From the human T2T-CHM13v2.0 reference genome, Homo sapiens, in assembly GCF_009914755.1 (NCBI RefSeq), contig NC_060939.1: 64,000 nt of DNA; one strand, written 5' to 3'. Below the pieces are notes generated by a model, which was not told the origin of the DNA, ran no database searches, and saw only the letters and a program-made list of their open reading frames with translations. Both the position numbers and the translations under genes were made by a program. Shown one piece after another: positions 56,118 through 64,000 of this stretch. Numbering within the stretch: position 1 is the first letter of the stretch; each line of letters begins with the position of its first letter.

Positions 56118-56314
56118 TCAGGAGGCTGAGGCAGGAGAATCACTGGAACCTGGGAGGCAGAGGTTGCCGTGAGCAGAGATTGCGCCAGCCTGGGCAACGA
56201 GAGCAAAATGTCATCTCAAAAAAAAGAACCTATAAGTAGCTCTGCTTCATTTGTGTTGTTTATTTACTCTTCTATAGCTTCAATGATGAAACTTTTTTTT
56301 TTTTTTTGACATGA

Positions 56315-56413
<99 letters not shown>

Positions 56414-56916
56414 TGAGTAGCTGGTGGAACTCCTGAGTTCAGGTGATCCACCCGTCTCTGCCTCCCAAAGTGCTCGGATGACAGGCATAAGCCACTGCAC
56501 CCAGCCATGAGGAAACTTTTTTTGAGACGGGCTGGCTCTGTCATCCAGGCTGGAGTGCAGTGGCACGATCATGGCTCACTGCAACCTCAACCTCCCAGGC
56601 TCAAGTGGCCCTCCCACTTCAGCCCCCTGAGTAGCAGGAACTACAGGTGTGTGCCACCATGCCCAGCTAATTTTTTATTTTTTGTAGAGATGGAGTCTTG
56701 CCATGTTGCCCAGGCTGGTCTTGAAATGAGCTCAAGTGATCCTCCTGCCTCAGCCTTCCTAAGTGCCGGCATTTTAGATGTGAGCCACTGTGCCTGGCCT
56801 GGAACTTCCTGACAGAAGTTTTAATGTTAATTTGTTAAGAAACATTGATTACCTAGTCTGCTCATCTGTAAAATGGGAATACTGTCACTGTCTTTGTGAT
56901 TATAGAGCTCCCCTAG

Positions 56917-57276
<360 letters not shown>

Positions 57277-57465
57277 TAGGTCTAGAACCTTGTTTTCCTG
57301 TTTCCTCATTTGAAAAAGCAGTATGCACACCACTATAAATAAATTCTCAATTTCTGCTTTGAAAACAATGCTGCATACACATAGCCCATGAATTTTTCCA
57401 TAGCACCTTCAACCCACATGCCCCAGTTTTTTTTTTTTTTCTTTTCTTTTTTTTTTTTTTGATAG

Positions 57466-57771
<306 letters not shown>

Positions 57772-58474
57772 TAAAGTGCAATGGCGCGATCTTAGCTCAC
57801 TGCAACTTCTGCCTCCCGGTTCAAGTGATTCTCCTGCCTCATCTTCCCGAGTAGCTGGTATTACGGTGCCCGCCAACATGCCCAGCTAATTTTTTTTTTA
57901 TTTTTAGTAGAGATGGGGTTTGCCACATTGGCCAGGCTGGTCTTGAACTCCTGACCTCAGGTGATCCGCCCGCCTCAGCCTCCTAAAGTGCTGGGATTAC
58001 AGGCGTGAGCCACTGTGCCCAGCATTTTTTTTTGTTGTTTGTTTTCAGATGGAGTCTCTCCCAGGCTGGAGTGGAGTAGCACAATCTCGGCTCACTGCAA
58101 CCTCTGTTTCCTGGGTTCAAGCAATTTTCCTGCTTTAGCCTCCTGAGGAGCTGGGGTTACAGGCATGTGCCACCACGCCCGGCTAATTTTTGTATTTTTA
58201 GTGGTCTTGGGGTTTCATCATGTTGGCCAGGCTGGTCTTGAATTACCTCAAATGATCTGCCTGCCTCAGCCTCCCTAAGTGCTGGGATTACAGGCGTGAG
58301 CCCGTAATAGGCGTGCCTAACCAGTTTTCAGGTTTTTGACTTAAGCAACTAGATAAGTGTCACTCAATATCCAAAGGCATCGTCTATCTATTTCTCCCTT
58401 CCCCTCCTCCTTCATATCTAGTCAGACACTATATTAGTACGGGTTCTCCAGAGAAACAGAATCAATAGGATGTG

Positions 58475-60900
<2,426 letters not shown>

Positions 60901-61162
60901 CCGCCCCTCCCTCCGCCCCCCTCCGCCCCCCCCTCCGCCTCTCCCTCAGCCCCGCAGCGCCACCGACCGCGTTCCCCGCCCACTTCTTACCCGCGCGCGT
61001 CGCCGCCGCCGCCTGAGGGGGCGTGGCCTCGGCTCGGCGCACAGTCAGCCACGGTCCCATCCTGCTCCGCGCCGGTCAACGAGAGCAAACCCAGTGACTC
61101 ACCTCCGCCGTGCTAACTCCTCGCTAGCTCTCCCTCTCACACACGCTCACACCCGGCTCGAG

Positions 61163-61205
61163 ATGGCGGCGGCGGCGGCGGCGGCGGGGGACTCGGACTC
61201 CTGGG
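61163..61205 (+). CDS. EIF3J: EIF3J exon 1 coding part (MAAAAAAAGDSDSW)
   Basis: Strong Kozak GAGATGG; donor TGGG|gtgagg; matches recalled eIF3j N-terminus. Confidence 0.95.
61166..61186 (+). repeat. (GCG)7 polyalanine-coding repeat
   Basis: Pure GCG run directly after the ATG. Confidence 0.95.
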
Positions 61206-61291
61206 GTGAGGAGAAGTTGCTGGGGCAGGGCCCGGGCCGGCGCCGGCCCCACGCAGTGGCAGGCACTAACACGGCTCGCTTTCTTCCGTAG

Positions 61292-61395
61292 ACGCCGACG
61301 CTTTCTCCGTGGAAGACCCAGTGCGGAAGGTGGGGGGCGGCGGCACTGCCGGCGGGGACCGCTGGGAAGGCGAGGACGAGGACGAGGACGTCAAG
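61292..61395 (+). CDS. EIF3J: EIF3J exon 2 (DADAFSVEDPVRKVGGGGTAGGDRWEGEDEDEDVK); gene continues beyond the window
   Basis: Branch point CACTAAC 61264-61270, acceptor ttcttccgtag|AC, donor AAG|gtgggt; 104 nt, phase 1-0. Confidence 0.95.
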
Positions 61396-63013
61396 GTGGG
61401 TGCGGGCTAGGGCGCCGGGCAGCGCGGAAGCGGGCTGGCGCTGTTGCCGGCCGACTCTGGGCCCCGGGTCGCTGCCGGGGCCTGCGGGCCGTGGGTCCAG
61501 GCGCGAGCATAGGGCCTGGCGGTGCTCTCTTCCCCTCCGCTTGCCGGCCATGTGTGGGCCGAAGACTGGCAGCGTGGCCTCCCGGACTCCCTCGCCGGTT
61601 GAGAGTCTGCTCTCCGGCGTGGATCCCACCCGCCGGCTGGCGACGAAAGGTGACAGCATCGGCCGGGTCGGCCCACGTGCAAGCTTCGCGGTCCGGAGCC
61701 TCTCGCAGGAATGAGACCGGGAAGTTGGGAATTGAGCCTTGTAGCTTATCCATATGGAAAGCCTTGAGACTCGCCTGTCTTTTCGAGCTCAAGTCAGCCC
61801 AGGGCCAGTAACTCATTTATGACCCTGAGGTCTACTTATACAGTTTGTTCGAGGGATTAGATGAGTGAAATATTGTAGTTGAATTTCAACCTTTTTTTCC
61901 CACACGAGACAGCTAGAAACAGTAAAGGGAAATAACTTTTGGCTCTCCCTTCCCCCACCCTGTGGTAAAAAGAATGAACTGACCACTGAGATAGCCCGCA
62001 GTTAGTGGACAGAAACCCAGGTAGTTCACACCGTGACCTGAGAAATGGAGAGACGACAGTTACTCAACTACACACATACGACACCTAAGGAAATATTGAA
62101 GATTTGGTGGTGGTTGTAGATGACGGGCCCGTGGTTTTTTGTTGTTGTTGTTGTTTTGTCTGTGCCTTGTAGATAATCATTTTTACCTCAGTCGTTTGAT
62201 TTTGAAAACTCCGAAGGGTTCATTATACAGCTGTAAGTGACATTTACTTCTACATGGTTTTTTTTTTTTTTTACAGTAGTTACAGAAGTCTCAAATCCAA
62301 AATGTTAAGACTCTTATTAACAAAGTTCTCAAAATCTTGTTATATTTGTGCAGATAAAGTTTTGTGTGAAATGGAAAATGATTTTTTTTTGTGGTTTTGC
62401 CTAATTTAGTGAATTTCTCCTAATTTATAAACACAAACGGAGAACCCTATAAATCCTGCCTGGGCTGAAAAGTTTAAGCTAGATAATCACTATGAACTTA
62501 ATAGGAATGTTGTTTTGAGTTTTTCTGTTCTCTCCCCAGTCCGATGAGGTTGGATGTGTGGATGTCCGATTTACTGACAGCCTGAGGTTCAAGAATGTTG
62601 TGAGCTTTGCACACATTGAAGTTAATAAATCGACTGGTTATTGTTTGAAGACACTCAGATGCTTTATTTACATGTTGTAGAAACATGGGACTAGATTTTG
62701 TTACCAGCCGCATTACAAGATATTAGTTACCCCTCTACATTGTAGCAGATTTTCAGTTTTGAGCCTTGGGTTCATATTGGTCCTTTCATTTTTTTCCATG
62801 CATATAGGAAGTGGCAGTTAAGACATCTGTTATGAAATTTGGGAATAAATTAACAAATGCAGAGAAAAGATTAGAGATATTAGGAAAGAAGTTGCAGAAA
62901 ATGAAGTTTTAATGGATAGTCTAGACTAATGTCATGGAATAACTTCCTTGGGATTAAGGGATCTAAATGGTATCGATCTTGATGAATATAATTCTTTTTT
63001 TTTTTTTTTTTGA

Positions 63014-63172
<159 letters not shown>

Positions 63173-63313
63173 TAGTAGAGACGGGGTTTCGCCATGTTGC
63201 CCAGGCTGGTCTTGAACTTCTGACCTCAGGTGATTCTCCTGCCTTAGCCTCCCAAAGTGCTGGAATTATAGGCGTGAGCTACCGTACCCAGCCTCTGATG
63301 AATATAATTCTGA

Positions 63314-63532
<219 letters not shown>

Positions 63533-63590
63533 TAATTTTTTCTATTTTTAGTAGAGACGGGGTTTCACCGTGTTAGCCAGGATGGTCTCA

Positions 63591-63716
<126 letters not shown>

Positions 63717-64000
63717 TTAACTTAAAGCAATCTATCTATTCATCTAATTTTTTGAGAGAAGGTCTCACCCCGTTTCCCAGGCTGGAGTGCAGTGGCACGA
63801 TCTCTGCAACCTCCGCCTCCCGGATTCAAGTGATTCTCCAGCCTCAGCCTTTCTAGTAGCTGGGATTACAGGTGTGCACCGCCGTGCCCAGCTAATTTAC
63901 ATATTTTTTTCTTTTTTTTTTTTTTGAGATAGAGTCTTGCTCTGTCACCCAGGCTGGAGTGCAGTGGCACGATCTTGGCTCACTGCAACCTCCGCCTCCC

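Overview
Human (primate) genomic DNA, very Alu-rich (roughly 80 Alu copies or fragments by eye). The + strand carries the last 11 coding exons of CTDSPL2 (SCP4, an FCP/SCP-family HAD phosphatase; 7901-47840). I spliced them by hand at GT/AG sites into one continuous frame of 1215 nt (404 aa plus stop); the N-terminal ~62 aa lie upstream of the window. A long Alu-free 3'UTR follows. Near the end, a CpG-island bidirectional promoter (~60.4-61.7 kb) drives EIF3J on + (coding exons 1-2: 61163-61205 and 61292-61395) and the divergent lncRNA EIF3J-DT/EIF3J-AS1 on -. Other repeats: Tigger3a, MER20, MER1B, a MER47-like element, MER5, MER58A, Tigger4a, an MLT2 LTR, and L1M, L2 and MIR relics. Almost all other ORFs in the supplied track are Alu or GC-rich artefacts. 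I found no convincing novel multi-gene system. The best leads are three candidate poison exons inside the CTDSPL2 phosphatase domain (one built from a MIR), an LTR-donated poly(A) site and transposon-derived exons for EIF3J-DT, an EIF3J intron whose acceptor TAG is also the in-frame stop, a DSGYSS beta-TrCP-type degron, and two very young Alu insertions. Exon and residue numbers and repeat family names come from recalled knowledge, not from a search.
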